DNA from: an uncultured Gammaproteobacteria bacterium
Lineage (GTDB): Bacteria; Patescibacteriota; Microgenomatia; PFEM01; JAHIFH01
Length of the DNA stretch: 43,121 bases
Assembly (NCBI GenBank): GCA_964585895.1
Contig: CAZPFP010000002.1
Span: 1 to 43,121 of the forward strand
Direction: 5' to 3'
Position 1 is the first letter of the stretch, and every line of letters starts with the position of its first letter. Positions 15,432 to 25,052 of the stretch are shown piece by piece. A program made the position numbers and the translations under genes. Below the pieces are notes generated by a model. That model worked only from the letters and a program-made list of their open reading frames with translations. It ran no database searches and was not told where the DNA came from.

Positions 15432-15730
15432 TTTTCCAAATCAACGTGATTGCCCTCTTTAAACTTCACCCCTTCTTTCAAAAGCCTCCTTTTATGCTCC
15501 TGCCAGCCTTTCCCGGCAAAATTGGGCGCCAGTCTTCCTTCTCGGTTGACTACCCGATGACAGGGAATTGTTTTGGGGTCAGGATTATTATGAAGAGCAT
15601 TACCCACGGCTCTCGCCGCTTTGGGCTTACCTAATTTAGCCGCAATCTGGCCATAGGTCATCACTTTTCCAAAGGGAATTTCCTTGGTAATTCGATAAAC
15701 TTTCTGGGAAAACCCACTTAAAGACTTCAC
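15419..15730 (-). CDS. ogt: Methylated-DNA-protein-cysteine methyltransferase, DNA-binding/active-site domain only
   Basis: ORF track, 103 aa, with YGQIA...AVGNAL..NP..IPCHRVV (PCHR active site). Confidence 0.85.
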   Translation of the reverse strand: MKSLSGFSQKVYRITKEIPFGKVMTYGQIAAKLGKPKAARAVGNALHNNPDPKTIPCHRVVNREGRLAPNFAGKGWQEHKRRLLKEGVKFKEGNHVDLEKCQM

Positions 15731-15746
15731 TAAGAAGAATTATAAC

Positions 15747-16409
15747 CTAAACCGGCATTTCTCCTATAGGGGCAAAGATAAAAATAAGTTTACTTTCGTC
15801 TTCTTTTATCTCCCTTAAAATCTCTTCTCCAATTTCACTAATTCTTTCTTCTGGAAAACTTTGGTAAAGAATTTCCTCTTCTTCTCGGCTGACCTCCCCA
15901 TCCTCAAGATAAGGTTGAAAAAAATCAATCAAGTGAAGATGGATTCTGAAAGCGGTCGTGGCCACAAAGGAAATCCTTTCATTCTCATCTAGTCCTTCAA
16001 GGGGTAATGTTTGGCCTAATTCAAGCCCAAGGATGGCTGATTCGTTCGTAGGACTATCATAAACGTAAAGGATGGTTTTAAGTGTTGGTTTGTTGGTTTC
16101 AGGTTCGCTGGCATCCTCAAAAACAAAATAGAGAAGATAATTAGGGTCAAGATTAGTTTCTGCTAAGGCCTCTTCTAGCGAATCATCTCGGATGCCAACC
16201 AGTTGATAATTTTTGCTTAAATTTTGAAAAGAAAGGGAAAGACACTCTTCAGTTTCGGGAAGGCTTTCAGGCAAATTCTCTTTGGCTGATTCACCAGGCG
16301 TTAGCTCAGGCGAACTAGGCTGATTTCTTGAACTACAACCAACAACCAAAGTCATAAATGCATACTTTAGAAAGTCTCTTCGAGTTAGAACTTTCTCTCT
16401 TTCTATCAT
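15747..16409 (-). CDS. Acidic secreted lipoprotein candidate with a twin-arginine-type signal
   Basis: The ORF track gives 15747-16499. I prefer the ATG at 16409 (MIEREKVLTRRDFLKYAFMTLVVGCSS) because TRRDFLK is a Tat consensus and LVVGC a lipobox. The longer form would overlap the upstream gene by 40 nt. Confidence 0.6.
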   Translation of the reverse strand: MIEREKVLTRRDFLKYAFMTLVVGCSSRNQPSSPELTPGESAKENLPESLPETEECLSLSFQNLSKNYQLVGIRDDSLEEALAETNLDPNYLLYFVFEDASEPETNKPTLKTILYVYDSPTNESAILGLELGQTLPLEGLDENERISFVATTAFRIHLHLIDFFQPYLEDGEVSREEEEILYQSFPEERISEIGEEILREIKEDESKLIFIFAPIGEMPV

Positions 16410-16459
16410 GATTAACAGAAGAATCTTAAGGTGGCAGTTTCGATAATTATAACACAGAT

Positions 16460-16744
16460 TTATCTTTTCTTCTTTTTCTTCAGTTCCTGTAATTTCCACA
16501 TAAAAAGTCTCGCCGGGTTTTTTACGTTTTTGGCGTCTTTAACAAAATTCCTTGCTTCTTCAAGTATGACTCGAGGTAATTCTTTGGCCAGCTTAATATA
16601 AAGGGCTTTGTGTTTTAAGTCACCTAATTCTTCAGCTAAACGATAGCCATAATCCTGAAATTCTCGGGAAATGTATTTCTTTTCGTCCCAATCGAAGTTT
16701 TTGAGAACATCACCTATAGTTTGAAAGCTTTTTTTCTTTGCCAT
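16460..16744 (-). CDS. Hypothetical basic/acidic 94-aa protein
   Basis: ORF track. It lies on the coding strand, 2 nt after the MFS gene. No motif recognised. Confidence 0.55.
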   Translation of the reverse strand: MAKKKSFQTIGDVLKNFDWDEKKYISREFQDYGYRLAEELGDLKHKALYIKLAKELPRVILEEARNFVKDAKNVKNPARLFMWKLQELKKKKKR

Positions 16745-16746
16745 TT

Positions 16747-17931
16747 TTACCCTCTACCAATCAAAATCGGCGCCAAAGCTCCTATAGAAGCCAAAAGAAA
16801 GATGGTCCAAAGAGGCAGGTTAAAAAAGACGAAAATCGCCGCGATTGACAGGGCGGTAATCGCCCCAAGACCCAAGGAGATTTCCATGAAATAAAGAGAC
16901 TGACCGGTGCCGCCATCAATTGCTTTCTGATAAGACCGAACACTCAATGGAATAGTGAGCATTTGCGCAGTCATTCGGTAAAGACCATCAACACCAACAA
17001 TAGCTAAAGGGGCTCTCGCCACTACCCGGACAAGCCAAGTTAAAAAGCCAATGATTGAGCCTAAACTAATCACCTTCTTCACCCCTATCTTGTCAACAAT
17101 TAAACCCACTAAATAAGTAATTATCGCCGCTACCAGGACGGCCGCAGCAATAACCTCACCAAAAACCACCATCTTACCTACTAATAAAAACAAAAAGACT
17201 GGCCAAATGGCGCTGTAAAGAGCTGTTTCTGACCCCCAGCCAAAGTAACCAGCCATTACCTTTTTATGGGTTTTGAAAAGTTGAACAACGTTGGCAATCC
17301 GGGCGTCACGATTAGGCTTTATTTCTTTGGAAAGAAGGGCAACCATCATCGCTAAGGTAAAAATTGCCCCCGCCGCGATAAAGAGCGCTTGATAGCCAAG
17401 ATTAATGACAATTAATCCGCCCAAAATCGGCGTTAAAATACCGATTAAAATATAAATAGCCTGGCAAATGCCGGTCTGTTTGCCAAAATGTTCGTGGTCA
17501 GCTCTCTTAACAAAAAGCCCGTGATAACCAAACCAGAAAAAGGCCGCATGTATTCCCCAAAAAACAGCCACGGCAATAAGTAAAATTGGCTGGCTTTGAC
17601 TAAAAGCCAATAAACCAACAAAAAGGAAAAAAGGAATGACAGAAAGGATTAAAGTCCGCCGGTAGCCTAATCTAAAACTAGTGTTCTCTGCTAAAGGCAT
17701 CGTCAAAAGCTTAGCGATGTAAATTAATAGTTCATAACCAATAATCACTAAAATAGAACCTTTGGTGGAAAAACCCCGGCTCTGAGTAATGTATAGAATA
17801 TAGAGAGGTGAGAATAAGCCCAGTAATTCTACCGCCATCCGTCGCAGAGTCACCATCGTAATAACTGTACCAATCCCATCACTGTCTAAATGAAGCCAGC
17901 GAAAACCAGTGCTATGGGTAAGATGTTTCAT
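16747..17931 (-). CDS. MFS-type transporter (12 predicted helices)
   Basis: ORF track, 394 aa. Twelve hydrophobic segments in a 6+6 layout with a basic central loop. Confidence 0.75.
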   Translation of the reverse strand: MKHLTHSTGFRWLHLDSDGIGTVITMVTLRRMAVELLGLFSPLYILYITQSRGFSTKGSILVIIGYELLIYIAKLLTMPLAENTSFRLGYRRTLILSVIPFFLFVGLLAFSQSQPILLIAVAVFWGIHAAFFWFGYHGLFVKRADHEHFGKQTGICQAIYILIGILTPILGGLIVINLGYQALFIAAGAIFTLAMMVALLSKEIKPNRDARIANVVQLFKTHKKVMAGYFGWGSETALYSAIWPVFLFLLVGKMVVFGEVIAAAVLVAAIITYLVGLIVDKIGVKKVISLGSIIGFLTWLVRVVARAPLAIVGVDGLYRMTAQMLTIPLSVRSYQKAIDGGTGQSLYFMEISLGLGAITALSIAAIFVFFNLPLWTIFLLASIGALAPILIGRG

Positions 17932-18522
17932 CTACCTTTTCCTAAGATCTCTATAAAAAACAAACAAAAAAGCCGTGCCTAATAAAGAAAGTAAGCCTAC
18001 TAATAAAAATAAAGGTTGAAAACCTAAATAATTGGCAATCGCTCCACCTAAACCCGCCACCAAAGCCCCACCTAAATCCGTAGTTGTGTAATAAAGACTC
18101 CATTCAAGGCCTTCTCGACGATTATCAACATGTCTGGTAAAAATTGCCAGCCAGGTAGGATAAGAAAGAGCCGCACCAAAACCCCCGATAACCTGAATTA
18201 AGAAAATATGAGAAACTGTTCGGGCAAAAATATAAAGAAAGGCAGTCAGAGAAATAATTAGCGAACCGATAATCATCACCCAAAAATCATCAATCTCACC
18301 TCTTTTTTTATCAATAACCAAGGCAGTTGGAATTTGGACTAAACATTTTGTCAAAAGAAAAACAGTAATCGCTAAACCGGCCATTTCCACATTGCCTCCT
18401 TGAACCTGATCAGTCACAAAAACAGCAAAAATGGGATTAATCAATCCCCAGCCTGAAAGCATGAGAATATCGGAAATAGTCAAAAAACGAATGATTTTAT
18501 TAATTGAAAAATTTATTTTCAT
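17932..18522 (-). CDS. Half-size (6-helix) MFS-like membrane protein
   Basis: ORF track, 196 aa. Six hydrophobic helices and an MFS-like loop VIDKKRGEID. Its TAG stop directly abuts the next ATG. Confidence 0.65.
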   Translation of the reverse strand: MKINFSINKIIRFLTISDILMLSGWGLINPIFAVFVTDQVQGGNVEMAGLAITVFLLTKCLVQIPTALVIDKKRGEIDDFWVMIIGSLIISLTAFLYIFARTVSHIFLIQVIGGFGAALSYPTWLAIFTRHVDNRREGLEWSLYYTTTDLGGALVAGLGGAIANYLGFQPLFLLVGLLSLLGTAFLFVFYRDLRKR

Positions 18523-18525
18523 TAC

Positions 18526-19110
18526 TTAATTAAATTGATTAGCAGCTCCCTGCCAATCCTCAACCAAAGCTATTTTAATCGCTTTAACCGCCCTGCCAAT
18601 TACCTGTTTAACTTTAGTTTTTTCTTCTCGCTTGAATTCTGACAAAACATATCTTTCCACTAATTTTTCTTTACCAATCTTGGCTTTTTCCTTCTTGACC
18701 GGATAACCGATGCCTAAACGAAAACGAACAAAATCACTCTTGCCTAATTCCTCAATAATCGATTCTAAACCACGATGGCCAGCTGAACTCCCGCCTTTTC
18801 TGACTCTCATCTTGCCTAATAGTAGGTCAACGTCATCATGAACCACCCAAATATCTTCTGGCTTAATTTTATAATAATTAGTTATCTTGGTGACAGCAAG
18901 TCCAGAGGCATTCATAAAAGTTTGCGGTTTTGCCAGAATTAGATTGCCAATTTTCGCTATTTCGCTATTAAATTTTTTATTTTCTTTCCAAGCTGTTTTT
19001 TCTACGGGTAACAATTTTGCCAATACTCCATCCAAAACCATAAAACCCAAATTATGGCGGGTGTTCTGATATTTCTTACCTGGATTACCCAGTCCAACAA
19101 TTAAAATCAT
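18526..19110 (-). CDS. pth: Peptidyl-tRNA hydrolase
   Basis: ORF track, 194 aa, with LIVGLGNPGKKYQNTRHNLGF and HDDVDL. Confidence 0.92.
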   Translation of the reverse strand: MILIVGLGNPGKKYQNTRHNLGFMVLDGVLAKLLPVEKTAWKENKKFNSEIAKIGNLILAKPQTFMNASGLAVTKITNYYKIKPEDIWVVHDDVDLLLGKMRVRKGGSSAGHRGLESIIEELGKSDFVRFRLGIGYPVKKEKAKIGKEKLVERYVLSEFKREEKTKVKQVIGRAVKAIKIALVEDWQGAANQFN

Positions 19111-19733
19111 CTTAATAACCTTTTAACTTCCTCATCAGTAATCTGTCTAAATTCCTGATAAAACTGACCGACGGCAAAAAACATCAAGGGCGCTTCTAGA
19201 TAAATGACTTCATCAGCTTTTTCTTCAAGTTTCTTCAGCGAATCTCGGGCAATTACCGGCGTCGCCACAATAATTTTTTTAGGTTCTTGTTGTCTGACTA
19301 CTTCCACGGCTGCTTCCATCGTTGCCCCGGTCGCCACCCCATCATCAGTAATAATCACCGTTTTATTTTTCAAATCAAAAGGAAGTCTTTCGCCTCGATA
19401 TTCCTTTATTCGTCTCTCCACTTCTGTTTGCCGATTAGTAATTTCCTCCTCAAGATACTTCTCACCCGCGCCAACACTGACGGCTAATTCTTCATTTATT
19501 ACCGGCTCGCCAATCTCCCCCACCGCCCCAATGGCCAACTCCGGGTTACCAGGGGCGCTAATTTTTTTGGTCACAATAATATCTAAGGGACAATTAAGAG
19601 TTTGGGAAAATTGTTTACCAACTGCCAGTCCACCTCTGGGGATAGCCAAAACAATCAAATTTTTTTTATCTTGAAAGTTTTTTAGTTTAACGGCAAGTTT
19701 TTTACCTGCTTCTTCTCTATTCTTAAAAACCAT
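19107..19733 (-). CDS. Phosphoribosyltransferase-family protein
   Basis: ORF track gives 19107-19757. I prefer the ATG at 19733 (MVFKNREEAGKKLA). The PRPP loop is VIITDDGVATGATM. Confidence 0.8.
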   Translation of the reverse strand: MVFKNREEAGKKLAVKLKNFQDKKNLIVLAIPRGGLAVGKQFSQTLNCPLDIIVTKKISAPGNPELAIGAVGEIGEPVINEELAVSVGAGEKYLEEEITNRQTEVERRIKEYRGERLPFDLKNKTVIITDDGVATGATMEAAVEVVRQQEPKKIIVATPVIARDSLKKLEEKADEVIYLEAPLMFFAVGQFYQEFRQITDEEVKRLLR

Positions 19734-19818
19734 CCTAATCACAATTTTAACACACAAAAAGCAGTCCGACCTGACGGCTAAAAGGAGCAGCCTGATGATT
19801 CACTAATTGATCGAACTG

Positions 19819-20142
19819 CTATTTAATTTTCGTTAGCTGCTTTTTGGCAAAGTCACCTACAAACGGTAATTTGAATTCTTCCCCTTGATAAGCTTTGAAG
19901 ATTAAAACCAGCCAAAGGATAAAGCCGATAATCCAAAGCAAGGGAGAAAGCATCCAGCCAATGACGGGAATGAACATCAAAATCATCAGGGCGCCAAAAA
20001 CAATAATTGACTGCATCGCATGGAAGCGAACAAATGGGTCTTTTTCAATCAAAAGAAAAACAATCCCGGTCAGCCAACCCAAAACATAAGTAAGCGCCGC
20101 CGCTGTATTTTTGGGTAATCCTGTACCTGCTTTTTCTGGCAT
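19819..20142 (-). CDS. Small membrane protein (DUF4870-like)
   Basis: ORF track, 107 aa, with three hydrophobic helices and LTYVLGWLTGIVFLLIEKDPFVRFHAMQS. Confidence 0.6.
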   Translation of the reverse strand: MPEKAGTGLPKNTAAALTYVLGWLTGIVFLLIEKDPFVRFHAMQSIIVFGALMILMFIPVIGWMLSPLLWIIGFILWLVLIFKAYQGEEFKLPFVGDFAKKQLTKIK

Positions 20143-20270
20143 AATTTTTGTTTTCCGCAGTAACTAAAAAAATTTAGAGTCTTATACAGCGTCACTGCGA
20201 AGTATAAATTTATTCACCTCCTCTCTACCTAAATCGTCCCATAAATTAATAATGGTTGTCAAGGCTCATT

Positions 20271-21563
20271 TCAAAACAAAGTCATTTGTTTCTTCTCTTT
20301 TTCCTCTTTTTCTCCCCAAATCTTAACTGTCCCAAAAACCCCATCATAACCCGGATCAACGACAATTTCGCCCTCTCTTACTTTCTTAATCCCCTGGGCC
20401 GCTTTTTCACCGGCAATTTTGGCAATTTCTAAAGGGTCAACTTTCAGTAAAACATTAAACTCAGAATTAAATCTTTCCACCAAACGATTGTACTCAGTTT
20501 CTACTCTTTGGCTGGAAACACCAACCCCTAAAACCTCGGATAAAATTTCTACTAAAGGCACTAGCATTATGTATGGTGGCCTCTTTCGCCAACTAATTCC
20601 TTTTACCCCATTCCCAATTTTAATTTCTTTAGTTTTCATTTCCTCAGCGCTTCGCCCTGCCAGTTCTTCCACTCGATGCATGACTCCCACGGTCAAGGGC
20701 TTGCCGCAAACCGGGCAAGTCGTTCCCAGTTTTTTCGTTTCTGCAGGAGATTGTTTGACTTCACAGTTCCGATGACCGGTATAATGATACTTCCCTTCTT
20801 GAGGATAAAACTCAATCGTGTAACTAATCTGCTGTTCTTGAATCGCTTGTTTAATATCCTGATAATCGAACTTTGACTTTTCAATTTTAAAAACCGTTGC
20901 CTCTCTCCCCAGCTTCTGAGGACTATGGGCATCACTGAAACTAAGAATACTCCGGCTATCCAGTTCTTCTATCCGCCAATTCATTGCCGGATTACTGCTC
21001 AAACCTGTCTCAATCGCATAAATTTGGTCAGTAAATTTCCCAAAACACTCTCTAATTGAATCAAAACCGGAACGAGAGCCATAAAGTGAATACCAAGGAG
21101 TCCAGACGTGGGCCGGAATCACCAGGCAATCTTTAGAAATTGAGAAAACAAGCTCACAAAGCTCAATACTGGACAAGCCCGTCATTGGCCGCCCATCAGA
21201 TAAAAGCTTCACTCCATCGCTTCTTAGCTGTTCGTTAATCTTCTCCACTGTCTCAAAATTAGGGGCAAAAACAAGATTGTGAATCCGGTGTCCTTTTCCT
21301 CCTTGACTGTAGATACTGGAGATTTCGGTGGTTAATAAAAACAAAACATCGCTCGGTTCTCCTTTACAACAATAGATGCCTTTATTCACCTCAGTCAAAT
21401 TCTCCTTAAGTTCCCTTAGCCATAAGGGGTGAGTAAAATCAGCTGTCGTCACCAAGTCAATCCCCTTTCTTTTTGCCCATCTGGCTATTTCAGGAATAAT
21501 CATCTGCGGCGAAACTGCTCGTGAATATTTACTGTGAATATGAAGATCGGCAATCAGGTCCAT
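20271..21563 (-). CDS. PHP-domain nuclease with zinc ribbon, endonuclease Q (EndoQ/COG1379)-like
   Basis: ORF track, 430 aa. It has the N-terminal PHP motif DLHIHSKYSRA and the zinc ribbon CPVCGKPLTVGVMHRVEEL. Size and layout match EndoQ as I recall it. Confidence 0.7.
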   Translation of the reverse strand: MDLIADLHIHSKYSRAVSPQMIIPEIARWAKRKGIDLVTTADFTHPLWLRELKENLTEVNKGIYCCKGEPSDVLFLLTTEISSIYSQGGKGHRIHNLVFAPNFETVEKINEQLRSDGVKLLSDGRPMTGLSSIELCELVFSISKDCLVIPAHVWTPWYSLYGSRSGFDSIRECFGKFTDQIYAIETGLSSNPAMNWRIEELDSRSILSFSDAHSPQKLGREATVFKIEKSKFDYQDIKQAIQEQQISYTIEFYPQEGKYHYTGHRNCEVKQSPAETKKLGTTCPVCGKPLTVGVMHRVEELAGRSAEEMKTKEIKIGNGVKGISWRKRPPYIMLVPLVEILSEVLGVGVSSQRVETEYNRLVERFNSEFNVLLKVDPLEIAKIAGEKAAQGIKKVREGEIVVDPGYDGVFGTVKIWGEKEEKEKKQMTLF

Positions 21564-21566
21564 TAC

Positions 21567-22550
21567 TCAAAGCTTAAGAAATTCAAGAAGAACAAAAATC
21601 AAGTAAACTCCAAAAAGAATGGCTCCTTCCCAACGCTCTAGTTTGTGTTTGGTCCGGATAAAAAGATAGAAAAAACCAAAAATAATCACAAAAGCAATTG
21701 TCGCCAAGAGATACTCATCGAAAGCCCTAATTCTAATTGGAGAAATTAAAGCTACTATTCCAATAATCAAAGTGCTATTAGCCACCACTGAACCCAAAAG
21801 GTCACCAAAAACCATACCTGATTCTTTTTCTCGCACTGCTTTCAGTTCAAAAGCCAGCTCTGGCAAAGAAGTGCCAACAGCGACTAAAAACAGCCCGATT
21901 AATAACAAGGGTAAGTTAAAAGCTATTGCCATCCTGCTTGCTATTCTGACAATCATATCCGCTGAAAAAAGCAAAAGAGCAATGCCTAAAAATAGCCAAC
22001 CAAGTTCTTTTTTCGTCCCCCTATGACTTAATTGTTTCAATAGCCGCCCAACAAAGCTTTCTTCTCTTCCGTCTCTTGCCTCAGCCAAACGCTGTTGGCT
22101 TTCTTTAAGAATCAAAACATTATAAAAACCATAGAGAGCGAGAAGAATTAGACCATCAGTTCTCCCCAACTGCTTATCGAACAAAAGCACCATCGGCGCC
22201 GCCCCAGCCAGAAAAGCATAAAAAACATCCCGACGCAGAAAAATGCCTCGAACCGCTACGGCGCCACCAACCAAAGCAGCGCCACCGATAACCAAAGACA
22301 AATCAGCAATATTAGAACCAAGAACATTACCTAAAGCTAAGCTAGGCTTGTTCTCTAAGGCAGCGGTTACTCCCACTACCAACTCTGGCAAAGAAGTTGC
22401 CAAAGCCAGCAAAAAACCACTAATGGCAAATTGACCGATACGGGCTTGACGAGAAAGACCTTTAAGGTTAATAACAATAATATCCGTGGCTTTAACCAGG
22501 AGAATTGAAGAACCAAAAATTAAGAGTAAATAAAAAGCAATCATTAACAT
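21567..22550 (-). CDS. Ca2+/cation antiporter (CaCA, YrbG-like)
   Basis: ORF track, 327 aa. It has two alpha-repeats, GNVLGSNIADL and GDLLGSVVANS, and about 10 helices. Confidence 0.85.
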   Translation of the reverse strand: MLMIAFYLLLIFGSSILLVKATDIIVINLKGLSRQARIGQFAISGFLLALATSLPELVVGVTAALENKPSLALGNVLGSNIADLSLVIGGAALVGGAVAVRGIFLRRDVFYAFLAGAAPMVLLFDKQLGRTDGLILLALYGFYNVLILKESQQRLAEARDGREESFVGRLLKQLSHRGTKKELGWLFLGIALLLFSADMIVRIASRMAIAFNLPLLLIGLFLVAVGTSLPELAFELKAVREKESGMVFGDLLGSVVANSTLIIGIVALISPIRIRAFDEYLLATIAFVIIFGFFYLFIRTKHKLERWEGAILFGVYLIFVLLEFLKL

Positions 22551-22560
22551 CTAAACTATC

Positions 22561-25029
22561 TTACCATTTTTTCTGGCGAATGAGAAAAACCCATTTGGTC
22601 AGCTCAATGGCCAAAAAATTAAAAAAGCCAATTCCCAAAAGAAAGAGCCACTCATGAGTACCCAAAGGATGGGTTCTTAATAATGTCTGAAGAGGTGGGA
22701 AGTAAACCGCTAAAACCAAAAACAGCAATCCTAAAACAATCGAGCCGGTTAAAAATCGATTGGTAAAAAGATTATATTTAAAAAACGGCTTTCTGAAAGT
22801 TCTACAAGCCAAGGCAATGAACAAAGAATCAATTCCCAAAGCAACGAACATTACCGTCTGAATATAGTGAAGATGTAGAAAGCCCTTCAGGAGCCAATAA
22901 AAAAGAGCCAAAAGGATAATATCAGTAAAGATACCAATAATAAAAATCAGGGTTTTAAGTTCCGTATCCAAAATTGGCTGGCCTCGAGGTCGAGGCGGTT
23001 CACCCATGACTTCTTTCTCCTCTGGTTCAAAAGCTAAAGCAACGGCCGGCAAACTGTCTTCAATCAAATTAACCCAAAGAATTTGGGCTGCGGTTACCGG
23101 TAAAGGCAACCGTAAGAGAAGCGAACCGCCAATTAAAACTATTTCCGTAAAACTGTCAGAAAGGAGATAAAGAACCACCTTTTTAATATTTTCAAAAATA
23201 TTCCTCCCCTCTTCAACCGCTTCAACAATGGTGGAAAATTTGGAATCCAGTAAAACTATATCCGCAATTTCTTTGGCGACATCCGAAGCCTCACCCACAA
23301 CAATACCAATATCTGCTTGTTTTAGGGCGGGGGCATCATTGACTCCATCACCGGTCATGGCAACCACTTCCCCGTTCTCTTTCAGCGCTTTGACTATCTT
23401 CAGCTTCTGCTCAGGCGTTGTCCGAGCAAAGAGAATAATCTCTTTAACCTTTTCTCTTAATTCCTTCTCTGGAATTTTTTCTAACTCCGTGCCCTCAATC
23501 ACCTGGGTCTTGAGGTCAACTTGAAAATCAAGCTGTTTTAAAACCGCCACCGCCGTAGAAACATAGTCACCAGTAATTATTTTTACCTTAATGCCCGCTT
23601 TTTGGCATTCCTTTAAAGCCACTTTGACTCCCTCTCTCACCGGGTCCTCATAAACCAAAACCCCTAACCACTGACAATTTTTCAAATCTTCCTTACTAAT
23701 CTTTTTTCTGTTTCCCTGAACTTTTTGATAGCCAAAGCCTACCAGCCGGTAGCCTTTATTCCCGTATTCGTCAAGTTTCTTTTGCCACTCTTTTAACTTT
23801 GAATTTTGCATTTTACACCTACTTAAAATCACTTCCGGTGCTCCAGAGATGAAAAAAAGGTTTGGGTGGAGAGTGACGATATATTTATATTTCGGCGAGA
23901 AGGGAATTTCGTCTAGCCGAGGATATTTCTCCTTAATTCCTTCACTCTTACCAATCTCTTCTTCAGCCCAATTAAACATTGCCACTTCCAGAGGATCGCG
24001 CATATCGTTGCAAAGGATAGAGGCTTTAATCCCCAATTCTTTGTCAGTAAAGTCAGCTTTAACAACCTTCATTTCCCCTTCGGTGAGAGTGCCGGTTTTA
24101 TCAGCACAAATCGTCGAAACTGAACCCAGGGTTTCGGCCGCCATTAGTTTCCGCACAATTGCTTTCTTTTTCAAAATCCTTTGCATTCCTAAGGCCAAAA
24201 TGACGGTCAAAGTCACCACCAATCCCTCAGGAATGGCGGCCACCGCCACGGCCACACTGGTAGTAAACATCTCCAATGGCTCATGGCCCAGAAGTTCACC
24301 CAGAAGAAAAATAATTAAAGTTATCGCTCCTACCACCAGGGCAAGGATTCTGGCTAATTTATCCAGCTGAACCTGAAGAGGTGTTGCTTCTTCCTCAACT
24401 TCTTCCAAGCTCCTGCCAATCTTGCCCATTTCTGTTTCCATGCCTGTTTTAATGACCGTCATCTTGGCAATACCGGTCACCACTGTCGTCCCCATAAAAA
24501 CTTTATTTTCCTTTTTCGCTTTATCTACCGCTTCGTTAGCTTCCTTATTAACGGACATGGATTCCCCGGTTAAAATTGCTTCATTAACGGAAAAATCAGT
24601 GGCTTCAATTAAAACCCCATCAGCCGGAACCCGAGTGCCAATCGTTAAAACCACCAAGTCACCAGACACCACTTCAGCCGCTTTAATTTCTTGCTTTTCT
24701 CCATCACGAATTACCTTGGCTTTAGGAGCAAGAAGAGAACGCAAAGCCGCCAGGGATTTTTGAGCTTTTCTTTCTTGATAAAAACCAAGAATAGTATTAA
24801 GAAAAACCGCGGCAAAGATAACAATTGAATCAGTAAAATCTCGAAGAAAAAGAGTCACTAAACCAGCCAAAACTAAAACATAGATTAAAGGTGATTTAAA
24901 CTGGAAAAACAAAAGTTTGAAAGAAGAAAAATCTTTTTTTTTGACTAACTGATTAGGACCGAATTTCTCTAACCGCTCTTGGGCTTCTGCTGAAGTTAAA
25001 CCTTGTTTGAGAAATTCTTTCTTAGCCAC
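22561..25029 (-). CDS. P-type cation-transporting ATPase (type II, Ca2+-ATPase-like)
   Basis: ORF track, 822 aa, with a GTG start. It carries TGES, PEGL, CADKTGTLT and TGDGVNDAPAL. Confidence 0.92.
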   Translation of the reverse strand: MAKKEFLKQGLTSAEAQERLEKFGPNQLVKKKDFSSFKLLFFQFKSPLIYVLVLAGLVTLFLRDFTDSIVIFAAVFLNTILGFYQERKAQKSLAALRSLLAPKAKVIRDGEKQEIKAAEVVSGDLVVLTIGTRVPADGVLIEATDFSVNEAILTGESMSVNKEANEAVDKAKKENKVFMGTTVVTGIAKMTVIKTGMETEMGKIGRSLEEVEEEATPLQVQLDKLARILALVVGAITLIIFLLGELLGHEPLEMFTTSVAVAVAAIPEGLVVTLTVILALGMQRILKKKAIVRKLMAAETLGSVSTICADKTGTLTEGEMKVVKADFTDKELGIKASILCNDMRDPLEVAMFNWAEEEIGKSEGIKEKYPRLDEIPFSPKYKYIVTLHPNLFFISGAPEVILSRCKMQNSKLKEWQKKLDEYGNKGYRLVGFGYQKVQGNRKKISKEDLKNCQWLGVLVYEDPVREGVKVALKECQKAGIKVKIITGDYVSTAVAVLKQLDFQVDLKTQVIEGTELEKIPEKELREKVKEIILFARTTPEQKLKIVKALKENGEVVAMTGDGVNDAPALKQADIGIVVGEASDVAKEIADIVLLDSKFSTIVEAVEEGRNIFENIKKVVLYLLSDSFTEIVLIGGSLLLRLPLPVTAAQILWVNLIEDSLPAVALAFEPEEKEVMGEPPRPRGQPILDTELKTLIFIIGIFTDIILLALFYWLLKGFLHLHYIQTVMFVALGIDSLFIALACRTFRKPFFKYNLFTNRFLTGSIVLGLLFLVLAVYFPPLQTLLRTHPLGTHEWLFLLGIGFFNFLAIELTKWVFLIRQKKW

Positions 25030-25052
25030 AAATTCATTGTAGCATAAAAAAA

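Noticed and set aside
16410-16499. 30-aa N-terminal extension of the lipoprotein ORF
   Set aside because: It would overlap the upstream gene by 40 nt and would bury the Tat/lipobox signal, which begins at the Met at 16409.
19204-19674. 156-aa plus-strand ORF
   Set aside because: It is antisense to the phosphoribosyltransferase gene. It is Ser-rich and has no start context.
20143-20270. Strong SD-like GAGAGGAGGTGA (about 20215-20231, minus strand), suggesting a hidden small ORF upstream of the DUF4870 gene
   Set aside because: The only in-frame start nearby is the GTG inside the SD itself, which would give an 11-codon ORF. I could not support a gene.
23849-24370. 173-aa plus-strand ORF, together with other plus-strand ORFs at 23228-23524 and 24422-24763
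   Set aside because: They are antisense shadows inside the P-type ATPase gene.
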